Origin: a virus
Reading direction: 5' to 3' (one strand)
DNA: 64,000 nt
Virus record (IMG/VR): IMGVR_UViG_3300034095_000847
The position numbers and the translations under genes are program-made. Position 1 is the stretch's first letter. Every line of letters begins with the position of its first letter. The notes below the pieces were generated by a model. That model worked only from the letters and a program-made list of their open reading frames with translations, was not told the origin of the DNA and made no database searches. Shown here in pieces: positions 1 through 8,871 of the stretch.

Positions 1-1
1 T

Positions 2-181
2 TTTAATCCATTCTTAGATACTGATACTAAAGACTTTTGGTTACCTATTATATCAAGTACCAGTTTCCAAGAATGGATTAAAAAGAATTATCAAGTTTCA
101 AATGGTGCTATTATATCAGATGAATCTATTGAAGAAGAATTGGCATTAATTGAAGATGATTTAGGAGAAGATAGTGAGTGA
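2..181 (+). CDS. uvsX: 3' end of UvsX RecA-like recombinase (partial)
   Basis: Open frame ...DTDTKDFWLPIISSTSFQEWIKKNYQV...EEE* resembles the T4 UvsX C-terminus; sits in uvsX-40-41 order. Confidence 0.7.
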   Translation, partial: FNPFLDTDTKDFWLPIISSTSFQEWIKKNYQVSNGAIISDESIEEELALIEDDLGEDSE

Positions 182-524
182 TGATTTTAAGTTTTTAGTT
201 GGACATAAAATAGTAGAAAACCATAGTGAAAAAGGTCTTTCTGCAATTAAGTTGACAGATGCTCCTTATGAAGGTATAATTTTTAGTTATGGTAAAGTTG
301 AATTTCCTGAAGATGCTTTAGAAGGAGAAAATTGTCCAATAAAATTTGATTATGAGGTTTACAATAATGCTGGAATAGAATATAATGTAGATGAGTTCGA
401 AAAATATATTGGTGATTTTCTTATAGAGTTAATCGTGTACCAATTATCTAAAAATGACATTGTATATACAGGCGGAATTGATGACGATAACACAGACTAT
501 ATTGAGCAACTTGATCCACAATGA
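174..524 (+). CDS. gp40-like head vertex assembly chaperone / conserved hypothetical
   Basis: Position between uvsX and helicase; acidic 116 aa. Confidence 0.5.
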   Translation: MSDDFKFLVGHKIVENHSEKGLSAIKLTDAPYEGIIFSYGKVEFPEDALEGENCPIKFDYEVYNNAGIEYNVDEFEKYIGDFLIELIVYQLSKNDIVYTGGIDDDNTDYIEQLDPQ

Positions 525-1860
525 AACATATTCAAGAAAAGTAATTCCATTTATTAAACTTGAATATTTTACTGATCATTATGAAAAAGTAATTTCACAA
601 GAAATTATTAACTTTTTTGATCAATATAATTCAACAATAACTCTTGATATATTAGCAATTCAGATCAGTAACAGGTCTGAATTGCGTGAAAACCAACTAC
701 AGGATATTGAAAAATATATCAATGAGTTAACTTTTAAAACTGATAATGAACAATGGCTTTATGATAATACTGAAAAATTCTGTAAGAATCGAGCAGTCAT
801 TAATGCAATCATTGATGCATATGATATTGTAGAAGGTAAACATAAAGACAAAACTGAAGATGCTATACCAAGTCTTTTATCAGATGCTTTGGCAGTAAGT
901 TTTGATTCTTCTGTAGGTCATGATTATCTCGAAGATTATCAAGAACGATATGATTTCTATCATAGAGTAGAAGAAAAGATTCCATTTGATCTTGACATCT
1001 TCAATAAGATTACAAAGGGTGGATTATCTAAAAAGACTTTGAATATCATACTTGCAGGTACTGCTGTAGGTAAATCATTGTTCATGTGTCATGTTGCTGC
1101 TTCCAGTCTTCTACAAAATAAGAATGTTTTGTATATTACCATGGAAATGGCTGAAGAACGTATTGCAGAACGTATAGATGCTAATCTTCTTAATATGAAT
1201 ATGAATGAGATGGCTACAATAGATTTGCCTACATATAATAATCGTATTAATAAATTGATTAAGAAGACTTCCGGTAAACTTATAGTTAAACAATATCCAA
1301 CTTCAACTGCCCATTCAGGTCATTTTAAGGCTTTATTAGAAGAATTGAAGATCAAACGTAACTTCAAACCTGATATGATAATTATCGATTATTTAAATAT
1401 CTGTTGCTCTTCACGTATTAAAAATGGTTCAGGTGTTAATTCATACACTTATGTTAAATCGATAGCTGAAGAACTTAGAGGTCTTGCAGTTGAATATGAT
1501 GTACCATTATTAAGTGCAACCCAAACAACACGAGGTGGTTTTGGTAATACAGACGTAGAATTAACCGATACTTCAGAATCTTTTGGTTTGCCTGCTACAG
1601 CAGATATGATGTTTGCTTTAATTGCTACTGAAGAACTTGAAAACTTAAACCAAATCATGGTTAAGCAACTTAAGAATCGGTATGCAGATCCTGGTTATTA
1701 TAAACGATTTGTTATAGGAGTTGATAGATCTAGAATGAAACTATATGATGTTGAAGAATCTGCTCAAAAGGATATCTCTGAGAGTGGCCAACCGGCAACT
1801 CAATTCTTGGTTGAACGAAATAAAAAACCACAAATTGAAACAAATGGTTTTACTTTCTAA
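481..1860 (+). CDS. 41: Replicative DNA helicase gp41 (DnaB-like)
   Basis: Walker A LAGTAVGKS, ITMEMAEE, IIIDYLNI, SATQTTR, ESFGLPATAD, KQLKNRY; likely start MTITQ at 481. Confidence 0.96.
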   Translation: MTITQTILSNLIHNETYSRKVIPFIKLEYFTDHYEKVISQEIINFFDQYNSTITLDILAIQISNRSELRENQLQDIEKYINELTFKTDNEQWLYDNTEKFCKNRAVINAIIDAYDIVEGKHKDKTEDAIPSLLSDALAVSFDSSVGHDYLEDYQERYDFYHRVEEKIPFDLDIFNKITKGGLSKKTLNIILAGTAVGKSLFMCHVAASSLLQNKNVLYITMEMAEERIAERIDANLLNMNMNEMATIDLPTYNNRINKLIKKTSGKLIVKQYPTSTAHSGHFKALLEELKIKRNFKPDMIIIDYLNICCSSRIKNGSGVNSYTYVKSIAEELRGLAVEYDVPLLSATQTTRGGFGNTDVELTDTSESFGLPATADMMFALIATEELENLNQIMVKQLKNRYADPGYYKRFVIGVDRSRMKLYDVEESAQKDISESGQPATQFLVERNKKPQIETNGFTF

Positions 1861-1876
1861 GAAAATATGTTATAAT
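1847..1876 (+). promoter_or_regulatory. Early-type sigma70 promoter
   Basis: GTTTTAC ... TGTTATAAT upstream of the GGAGA SD and ATG 1898. Confidence 0.6.
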
Positions 1877-1897
1877 AGATTTTTAATTGGAGATAAT

Positions 1898-2302
1898 ATG
1901 AGTGCTAATTGGGTAAATGATATTGCAAATATGCATCAAGGTTTTGGTGTTAATGAAGTTGTTAGAAACTTTGATAATGACAAACTTAAGAAGTTTTTGT
2001 CATTCCGTATAGGTTGTTTACAAGAAGAATTGGATGAGTTAAAAGAAGCTAAAACTGCCGATGATGCAGTTGATGCGTTAATAGATTTGGTTGTATTTGC
2101 TATTGGTACTTTAGATTCATATGAAGTAGATGCTTATACTGCTTGGAATAGAGTTCTAGTAGCTAATTTAGTAAAGGAAGTAGGTATTAAAGAAGGTCGA
2201 CCTAATCCTTGGGGACTTCCAGATTTACTTAAACCAGAAGGTTGGACTGCACCTACTCACGTTGACAATGTAGGACTTTTTGCCCAGGTGTTTGATCAAT
2301 AA
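1898..2302 (+). CDS. MazG-like all-alpha NTP pyrophosphohydrolase (possible dCTPase/dUTPase role)
   Basis: EELDEL...DAVDALIDLVVF acidic motifs, C-terminal DLLKPEGW; SD GGAGA before ATG 1898. Confidence 0.8.
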   Translation: MSANWVNDIANMHQGFGVNEVVRNFDNDKLKKFLSFRIGCLQEELDELKEAKTADDAVDALIDLVVFAIGTLDSYEVDAYTAWNRVLVANLVKEVGIKEGRPNPWGLPDLLKPEGWTAPTHVDNVGLFAQVFDQ

Positions 2303-3264
2303 TGTATTCACTAACAGTTTTCAAGAGTATCTTTGATAATAAAACTGATATTCGTGTTGACTTTAATACATTTGAAGAATTTGAGAGATCTTTGTATCAT
2401 CTCTCAACTTTGAATGGGTACAAAGCGAAAAAGGGTGAATTCTGTAAAAAGACCTCACCTCTTATTTCACCGGCGACCTATACTCCTGGTACTACAAGAG
2501 CTAATGCTAATGTAGTAAATTGGGGTAAGTGGGCTGCTATCGATGTAGATACACATGAATTTGAAGGAAACTTAGAAGATGAACTTTATCGACGGTTTGG
2601 TGATTGGGATTACATTTGTTATAGTACTGCAAGCAGCACTATTGCATGGCCAAAGTTTAGACTCGTGTTCCCACTTACTCGACTTGTTGAGTCGAGTGAA
2701 ATCAAACACTTCTGGTTCGCTCTCAACTCTGAATTTGGATGCATGGGAGATCTCCAAACTAAAGACCTCAGTAGAATGTATTACGTCCCTGCGCTATACC
2801 CTGGTGCTAATAACTTTATCTTTAGCAATCGTGGTGCCTATATTGATCCTACGGAGTTAATGTGTAAATATGAATTCACTGCACTAGTTAATAGTAATTC
2901 ATTTATTGATAGATTACCGGATGAACTTCGTGATGAAGTTATTAGTCATCGAAAAGCTAAGTTAGAAGAAACTAAAAGAGATTATAATTGGAATTCATAT
3001 AAAGATTGTCCATTCGTAAACCAAAAATTAGTCACTGAGTACAAATCTATATCAGGTATGGATGGTTCTGGTAGATATTCTATGATTTATAAACTCATGA
3101 CATCAATTGCTTGCTTTGCAGTTAAGAAGCAGTATCCTATAACTGAATATGAAATTGTTCAGTTAATTCTACAATTAGATAGAGAAACATCTAATATCTA
3201 TGCCAAACGTCCTTTGAATACTGAAGCAAGCAGAGCTATTGAATTTGCTTATAAAAATATGTAA
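2302..3264 (+). CDS. AEP-superfamily primase/primase-polymerase with C-terminal helical (PriCT-like) domain
   Basis: AAIDVD, YSTASS..PKFRLVFPL and D.QTKDLSRMYYVP motifs typical of phage/plasmid AEP primases. Confidence 0.7.
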   Translation: MYSLTVFKSIFDNKTDIRVDFNTFEEFERSLYHLSTLNGYKAKKGEFCKKTSPLISPATYTPGTTRANANVVNWGKWAAIDVDTHEFEGNLEDELYRRFGDWDYICYSTASSTIAWPKFRLVFPLTRLVESSEIKHFWFALNSEFGCMGDLQTKDLSRMYYVPALYPGANNFIFSNRGAYIDPTELMCKYEFTALVNSNSFIDRLPDELRDEVISHRKAKLEETKRDYNWNSYKDCPFVNQKLVTEYKSISGMDGSGRYSMIYKLMTSIACFAVKKQYPITEYEIVQLILQLDRETSNIYAKRPLNTEASRAIEFAYKNM

Positions 3265-3340
3265 AAAAAACGTTTACATTACCTAAATTTATGTTATAAT
3301 AGTCTCAACAAATAAACTTATTGAGGAATATTATATTATG
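3265..3340 (+). promoter_or_regulatory. Early promoter/stem-loop/SD cassette (PeSL-like)
   Basis: CGTTTACA..TATAAT, CTCAA/TTGAG inverted repeat, GAGGA SD, TTATATTATG. Confidence 0.85.
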
Positions 3341-3916
3341 GCACAAATTAAAATGATTGAATTAGCTGAAATAATTAAATCAGTTTTACCTATATCTATT
3401 AAAAACTTTAATGAGATTCGATTACCTGCACTAGAATATGCTTGGGGTAGATCATTTATTGATGAAATGGCAAATGAAAAACATGTCACAGTAGAAGTTG
3501 GAAAGAGTTATGTACGTCCATTTAACAATGAATTATATCGTAATATTATTGATAAAGTAAATAATTTTCAAGAATATACTACAGATGGTTATGATTTTAC
3601 TTTTTGTGATATACCTGTAGAACATAAAAATTCATTTACTATAAAATGTAAAGGATTTACTGGTAGCGGTTTTGATAAGACACCTTGGCATTTACTTCTA
3701 AAATTTGATTATGATATTAATGGTAGAATTAAAAAATGTTTTGGTTGTATTATTGATACAGAAAAAATGGAAAACACCTGGTCTGAAAGAAATACGTCAT
3801 CTAACTACTCAAATTTAAAATTGACTAATGATGATATTAAACATGCAATTATTATTATGGGCAATTTAGTTAAAAGTAGAAAGTTTGCTAATGAAGTATT
3901 AGAAACGGTATTTTAA
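3338..3916 (+). CDS. Putative PD-(D/E)XK (restriction-like) nuclease
   Basis: DGYDF...PVEHKNS resembles a D...E-x-K active site. Confidence 0.4.
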   Translation: MAQIKMIELAEIIKSVLPISIKNFNEIRLPALEYAWGRSFIDEMANEKHVTVEVGKSYVRPFNNELYRNIIDKVNNFQEYTTDGYDFTFCDIPVEHKNSFTIKCKGFTGSGFDKTPWHLLLKFDYDINGRIKKCFGCIIDTEKMENTWSERNTSSNYSNLKLTNDDIKHAIIIMGNLVKSRKFANEVLETVF

Positions 3917-3919
3917 TAT

Positions 3920-4360
3920 ATGTCAACTACTCATGAATTAGGCCAATTAGGTGAAAGATTTGTAATGCATGTTATGAATGTTACTTTATCGGAAGATAAG
4001 TATGATACTAAAAAAGATGGGATTCTACCTGATGGTTCAGAAATAGAAATTAAAACTCAGAATAGACACCCAACTAAAGATATGTTTACTATTAGTTCTG
4101 TTAATAATGGTAATGGATTAAAAAATATAATTAAATGTTTCACAGTAGATAAATTAGTATTTTTAGAATATGATTCAACAGATTTTATTAGAATTTGGCT
4201 ATGTACAAATCGCAAAAACTATGATATATTTACTACTACGACTGGTAAAGAAATGATAGGATTTCCTATATCAGAAATGGAATTATTACATAAGATTGAA
4301 TACCCTGAATTAGCAACAAAAATGAGATCCCTTTCACAATCAACTGTATTTAAGAGATAA
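3920..4360 (+). CDS. Putative PD-(D/E)XK nuclease
   Basis: GQLGERFV helix, KKDGIL..EIEIKTQ motif. Confidence 0.55.
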   Translation: MSTTHELGQLGERFVMHVMNVTLSEDKYDTKKDGILPDGSEIEIKTQNRHPTKDMFTISSVNNGNGLKNIIKCFTVDKLVFLEYDSTDFIRIWLCTNRKNYDIFTTTTGKEMIGFPISEMELLHKIEYPELATKMRSLSQSTVFKR

Positions 4361-4362
4361 TT

Positions 4363-4803
4363 ATGACATATACAAGACCTTCAGCAAATATTTTATTAGA
4401 AGCGGCAGAAATTCAGGAGAAAAAAGGCCAGGATTATAATAACTCAATTTCTAGAGTCCAACAAGCAGACTATTATGTTCATGGTGTATGGTCTATTATG
4501 GATACTATTAATGGCAAGTATCTAAGAATGGTATCAGTACTTGAAACTATGGAAGCAGGTGGTAAAGTTAATTATGAATCAGTCGAAGATTCTGCATTAG
4601 ATCTTATTAACTATACATCATTTCTTGCTGCATATATGCGAGGTGAAGTACCAGGTCAAAGACCAGATCGCGATATCTTTAATAAACCCAATGATTCAAC
4701 TTCGCCATTAATTCCCACTGCATTTAGAGTTGAACCGGTAATTACTGTTGATCTAGGAGAACCTGAAGAAATTCTAGTAAAAAGAGGTTCTAAAAATGCT
4801 TAA
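4363..4803 (+). CDS. Nucleotide-modification-associated all-alpha protein (Nmad1/DUF1599-like, MazG-related)
   Basis: EKKGQDY...K..R...ESVEDSALDLINY pattern. Confidence 0.65.
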   Translation: MTYTRPSANILLEAAEIQEKKGQDYNNSISRVQQADYYVHGVWSIMDTINGKYLRMVSVLETMEAGGKVNYESVEDSALDLINYTSFLAAYMRGEVPGQRPDRDIFNKPNDSTSPLIPTAFRVEPVITVDLGEPEEILVKRGSKNA

Positions 4804-5443
4804 TGTTAATGATATAAGAAAAGAGTTTTTACGTAAATTAATGTTTGCAGATTTTGTAATTGATAAAACCGGTTGCAAAATGCTTGAAATTATGGGTGCA
4901 TCTTTTATTGCGGTTGAACCTGTAATTTTTGGAACACTAAATACTAATTATGCTGAACGTGAAGTTGAATGGTATGAGTCTCAATCATTAAATGTAAATG
5001 ATATTCCAGGTGAAACACCAGCAATATGGACATCTATTGCTACTCCAGATGGATATATCAATAGTAATTATGGTTATTTGATCTTTTCTGAAGAGAATGG
5101 TAAACAATATAAAAATGTATTGAATGAATTAAAACAGAATCCATTTTCTAGACGTGCTACTATGGTTTATAATAGACCTTCTATTTGGACTGATTATAAT
5201 AAACAGGGTATGTCTGATTTCATCTGCACTAATGCTGTAGGTTATATGATTAGAGATGGTAAACTCCATGCTAATGTACAAATGAGATCTAATGATGTTG
5301 TATTTGGATACAAAAATGATTATTATTGGCAAGAATATGTTTTGAAAAAACTTGCTAAAGATCTTGATATAGAAGTAGGTACTATTATGTGGAATTGTAC
5401 ATCTCTTCATGTATATGAAAAACATTTCCATTTAATAAAATAA
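4796..5443 (+). CDS. 42: dCMP hydroxymethylase (gp42-like, thymidylate synthase fold)
   Basis: NSNYG, SRRA, DFICT, MRSNDVVFGYKNDY and SLHVYEKHF closely parallel T4 gp42; Asp at the pyrimidine-specificity position implies a dCMP substrate. Confidence 0.88.
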   Translation: MLNVNDIRKEFLRKLMFADFVIDKTGCKMLEIMGASFIAVEPVIFGTLNTNYAEREVEWYESQSLNVNDIPGETPAIWTSIATPDGYINSNYGYLIFSEENGKQYKNVLNELKQNPFSRRATMVYNRPSIWTDYNKQGMSDFICTNAVGYMIRDGKLHANVQMRSNDVVFGYKNDYYWQEYVLKKLAKDLDIEVGTIMWNCTSLHVYEKHFHLIK

Positions 5444-5474
5444 ATGTTTACATTTCTATAAACTATGATATAAT
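5443..5474 (+). promoter_or_regulatory. Early promoter
   Basis: GTTTACA...TGATATAAT. Confidence 0.75.
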
Positions 5475-5503
5475 AGATCTATTATAACTAACTTATATAA
5501 AAG

Positions 5504-5974
5504 ATGTCTGATATTACTAAATGGGATATACGGTTCTTAGAGATGGCTAAAAATGTCTCTAATTGGAGTAAAGATCCTTCAACTAAAGTAGGATCTATAG
5601 CAGTAGATCCTATCAAAAAGAATATTATTTCTACTGGATATAATGGATTTCCACGCGGTATCTTAGATTCAGTAGAAAGATATGAACATAAGCCAACTAA
5701 GTATAAATTAGTTGTACATTCAGAAATGAATCTAATATATAATGCCACATTCAATGGAGTAGCCCTTAATGGATCTACTTTATATGTTTATGGATTACCT
5801 GTTTGTTCTGAATGTGCAAAAGGTATTATTCAAGTTGGAGTAAAAAGAATAGTTATGTGGACTGGAGATAAACCTGTTCCAGATAATTGGAAAGATTCAT
5901 GGACACTAACATCTGATTTGTTCGATGAGGCAGGAGTAGAATATACTTTTTGGAAAGAAAATAATATGTTATAA
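5504..5974 (+). CDS. cd: dCMP deaminase
   Basis: SKDPSTKVG, GYNGFPRG, HSEMN, PVCSECAK zinc motifs. Confidence 0.93.
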   Translation: MSDITKWDIRFLEMAKNVSNWSKDPSTKVGSIAVDPIKKNIISTGYNGFPRGILDSVERYEHKPTKYKLVVHSEMNLIYNATFNGVALNGSTLYVYGLPVCSECAKGIIQVGVKRIVMWTGDKPVPDNWKDSWTLTSDLFDEAGVEYTFWKENNML

Positions 5975-6045
5975 CTAGATAGACCTACTTCACTAGAAAT
6001 AGTGAACCAAAAATAGTCTTAAAACTGATATGTAAGGAAAATAAA

Positions 6046-7323
6046 ATGTCAAAAATTAAAGTTGGTATCATCGGCGTAGGTAATTGCGCTAAGTCGTTAG
6101 TTGAAGGTGTTCAATACTATATTCAAAATCCAAATGATAAAGTTGGACTGATGTATCCAGATATCGGTGGATATACATCGGAAGATATGGAATTCGTAGT
6201 AGGATTTGATGTTGATCGTCGTAAAGTAAATAAATCCTTAATTGAAGCTTTAAGAGCTTTACCAAATTGTGCAATGGATCATGTATCTGAAATAGATAAT
6301 ACATGTGTTACAAAGGATGCTACAGTATATTCTGGTCCTGAACTTGATGGTGTTGCTGAACATATGCTTGATTATCCAGAGAATGTTTCATTTAGAACGG
6401 GTGCTGAAGCGGCAAAATCATACGATGATATTGTTACACTAGTTAAGAAAACTGGTGTAGATGTACTTATTAACTATCTCCCAGTAGGTTCAGAAAAGGC
6501 TACTAGATTTTATCTTGATGTAGCATTAGAAGCAGGTGTACATTTTGTTAATTGTATCCCAACTATAATTGCCACTAAAGAAACTCAGATTATTGAACAG
6601 AAGTTTATTGATAAAGGCCTTACAATTGTTGGTTCTGATATGAGATCTGCTTGGGGTGCTTCTAGATTGTCTGAAGTTCTTCAAGGTGCTATGATAGATT
6701 CAGGTATATTAGTAACTCAACATATTCAATTGAATATGGCCTGTGGTTCTACACAAGGTCAAGAGCATATCCGTACTGGAAGAACTGCAAACACTGATTT
6801 CTTAAATATGGCTAAGCAAGAAAGATTGCATAATAAACACATCTCAAAAGAGAATGTTTTGAAAGGTCAGAATATTGTACGTAATGAACCATATTCAGGT
6901 ATGACATTATATGCAGGTCCTTCATTAACTGTTCAGCAAAAACCAGGTGGTACTTACGTAGGTTCTGATAATAAAGTATGTAATATTGATATTATTGGTT
7001 ATGGTTTTGCCGGAGCTAGATATGAATTAACTGCTAGATTATCTGTTCAAGATAGTCCAAATTCAGGTGGTGTAGTTATATCGGCAATTAGATTTTGTAA
7101 AGTTGCTTCCGAAATGGGTATTGTTGGATTTTTAAGAGGTCCTTCAGCATGGACTCAGAAAACTCCACCATTGCAGTTGAAGACAGAAGATGCAAAGTTT
7201 GAATGTGATGCCTTAGCAAGACGAACATTAACTGAATTAACTAAACCTCAATTAAAAGAAAATAATCCAAAAGCAAAGGATTTACAGTATACTTTCCAAG
7301 CAGGCCAAACAGATTATGAATAG
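6046..7323 (+). CDS. ino1: myo-inositol-1-phosphate synthase
   Basis: GIIGVGNCAKSLVEGV, FDVD..KV, INYLPVGSEKA, NCIP, NTDFLNM, DNK, DSPNSGGV. Confidence 0.92.
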   Translation: MSKIKVGIIGVGNCAKSLVEGVQYYIQNPNDKVGLMYPDIGGYTSEDMEFVVGFDVDRRKVNKSLIEALRALPNCAMDHVSEIDNTCVTKDATVYSGPELDGVAEHMLDYPENVSFRTGAEAAKSYDDIVTLVKKTGVDVLINYLPVGSEKATRFYLDVALEAGVHFVNCIPTIIATKETQIIEQKFIDKGLTIVGSDMRSAWGASRLSEVLQGAMIDSGILVTQHIQLNMACGSTQGQEHIRTGRTANTDFLNMAKQERLHNKHISKENVLKGQNIVRNEPYSGMTLYAGPSLTVQQKPGGTYVGSDNKVCNIDIIGYGFAGARYELTARLSVQDSPNSGGVVISAIRFCKVASEMGIVGFLRGPSAWTQKTPPLQLKTEDAKFECDALARRTLTELTKPQLKENNPKAKDLQYTFQAGQTDYE

Positions 7324-7708
7324 TATTAATACTTTTGATATAGATGGTGTCATATACATGGGTGAATACGGGGGTGTTTACCCAGGTCTTAATGATATTA
7401 TTATAACCGGTAGATCTTTTGAGGAATCAGAAGAAACACTGTATATGCTTAATAAGAAAGGCATTCATAATAAAGTAATGTTCAATGAATTGTCTTTTGA
7501 TAATAAGAGTAGAGAGTCTTCCGGTATTCATAAAGGAAATACTATCCTTAAATTAGAACAACAAGGACATAAGATTGGTATTCATTTTGAAGATGATCCA
7601 ATTCAAATTGCAGAAATTAAGAAAATAGTTCCGCATATTAATATTGTGTATATGCAACATGACTTGGTTGAAAAAGAAAATGTTCGGCATACTAAGGATA
7701 CTAAATGA
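7316..7708 (+). CDS. Small HAD-superfamily phosphatase
   Basis: FDIDGVI, ITGRS, K, HFEDD motifs I-IV. Confidence 0.8.
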   Translation: MNSINTFDIDGVIYMGEYGGVYPGLNDIIITGRSFEESEETLYMLNKKGIHNKVMFNELSFDNKSRESSGIHKGNTILKLEQQGHKIGIHFEDDPIQIAEIKKIVPHINIVYMQHDLVEKENVRHTKDTK

Positions 7709-8871
7709 TAGATGCTACAGATAAAGAGTATATAGAAGCAAATAACTTTGTATCTAATAATCCTAATTATCCTTTAGATAAGTACTTCTCTATATGTGAT
7801 GTAGAGAAGTTTCTTGATTTTAAATATTTTGTTGAACAGGTTAATAAAAGAACTGAATGGCAATATGGATTAACAGACAAATATGAGTATACAGAATATG
7901 CATTAAATCCTGATACTGAGTATTTTCATCCAATGATTACATGTGATGATCGTATGGTCTATATTATGAAGAATATAGTATCATTACCAGATGAAAAACT
8001 CTCGATTCATAATAAGATTGGTAATACAATCATCTCGCATTTTTATGGAGCACGAGGTATCCATCAGATTGCTACACGAAATAATGATCCACAAACTGCA
8101 CATGTTGATTTTGAGAACTATTTTACCTCAGGCGAACGTGCACGGGTACGGAAGAATTTAGAGTTAGCAGCATCAATTAAGTTACCAATTTATGGTTCTA
8201 CTGAGTTACGTACTTCTTTATTTGGTGCAGCGAACAAGTATCAGTTACAAAGGTTTGGACCTACTGCAGATAAAGTACATCCAGGTAATATCATGGATTG
8301 GGTAGCAGGATTAGGAGAACGAGGATTCTTTGAACAAATGCAAGAATCAAATGCTGCTTCTGATACCTTTAAAATATTAACCCAGATTGAAGGTATTGGA
8401 TCTTATTATGGTTACCATTGTACTACATCTAATTCAGTGAATCCTAAATTAGATTGGGATAATGATGAGAACTTTGTTAAACCTGGACCTGGAGCACAAT
8501 ACACTCTTAAGTTATTGTTTCCAAAAGCTTCATCAAAGGAAATAACAAATGGAGATCTTGTAGTATGGTTCAGACATAATCAAAAGTTCTTTGGGTTTGG
8601 TGATATTAAGATCCATGAACATTTCCATAATGTACTTGATCATACTGGTAATAAGATTCTAAGTAAAGACCAGACTGAGATGATGACGTACGGATCGGAG
8701 GTCGGCATGTGCCAGTATGGTATCTTCTGTAAGATTAGACATGATACTAAAGCAATTGAACGCCGCAAGGTTGCTCGATTAGGTTCTCGTGATATTGAAA
8801 AAGAGTTGTACAAAGCCGAGCAATTAGTATATAATAAACAAAATACTGCAACTTTGGACTCTTTCTTTTAA
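7705..8871 (+). CDS. aGPT-pyrophosphorylase-like / hydroxymethylpyrimidine hypermodification helical transferase
   Basis: DDR, HhH-like IEGIGSYYGY, ENFVKPGPGA...LKLLF and E.GMCQY motifs match the aGPT-Pplase family pattern. Confidence 0.65.
   Translation: MIDATDKEYIEANNFVSNNPNYPLDKYFSICDVEKFLDFKYFVEQVNKRTEWQYGLTDKYEYTEYALNPDTEYFHPMITCDDRMVYIMKNIVSLPDEKLSIHNKIGNTIISHFYGARGIHQIATRNNDPQTAHVDFENYFTSGERARVRKNLELAASIKLPIYGSTELRTSLFGAANKYQLQRFGPTADKVHPGNIMDWVAGLGERGFFEQMQESNAASDTFKILTQIEGIGSYYGYHCTTSNSVNPKLDWDNDENFVKPGPGAQYTLKLLFPKASSKEITNGDLVVWFRHNQKFFGFGDIKIHEHFHNVLDHTGNKILSKDQTEMMTYGSEVGMCQYGIFCKIRHDTKAIERRKVARLGSRDIEKELYKAEQLVYNKQNTATLDSFF

Noticed and set aside
4796-5443. Ordinary thymidylate synthase or dUMP hydroxymethylase
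   Set aside because: Motifs track T4 gp42, with Asp rather than Asn at the specificity site, and ThyX is present
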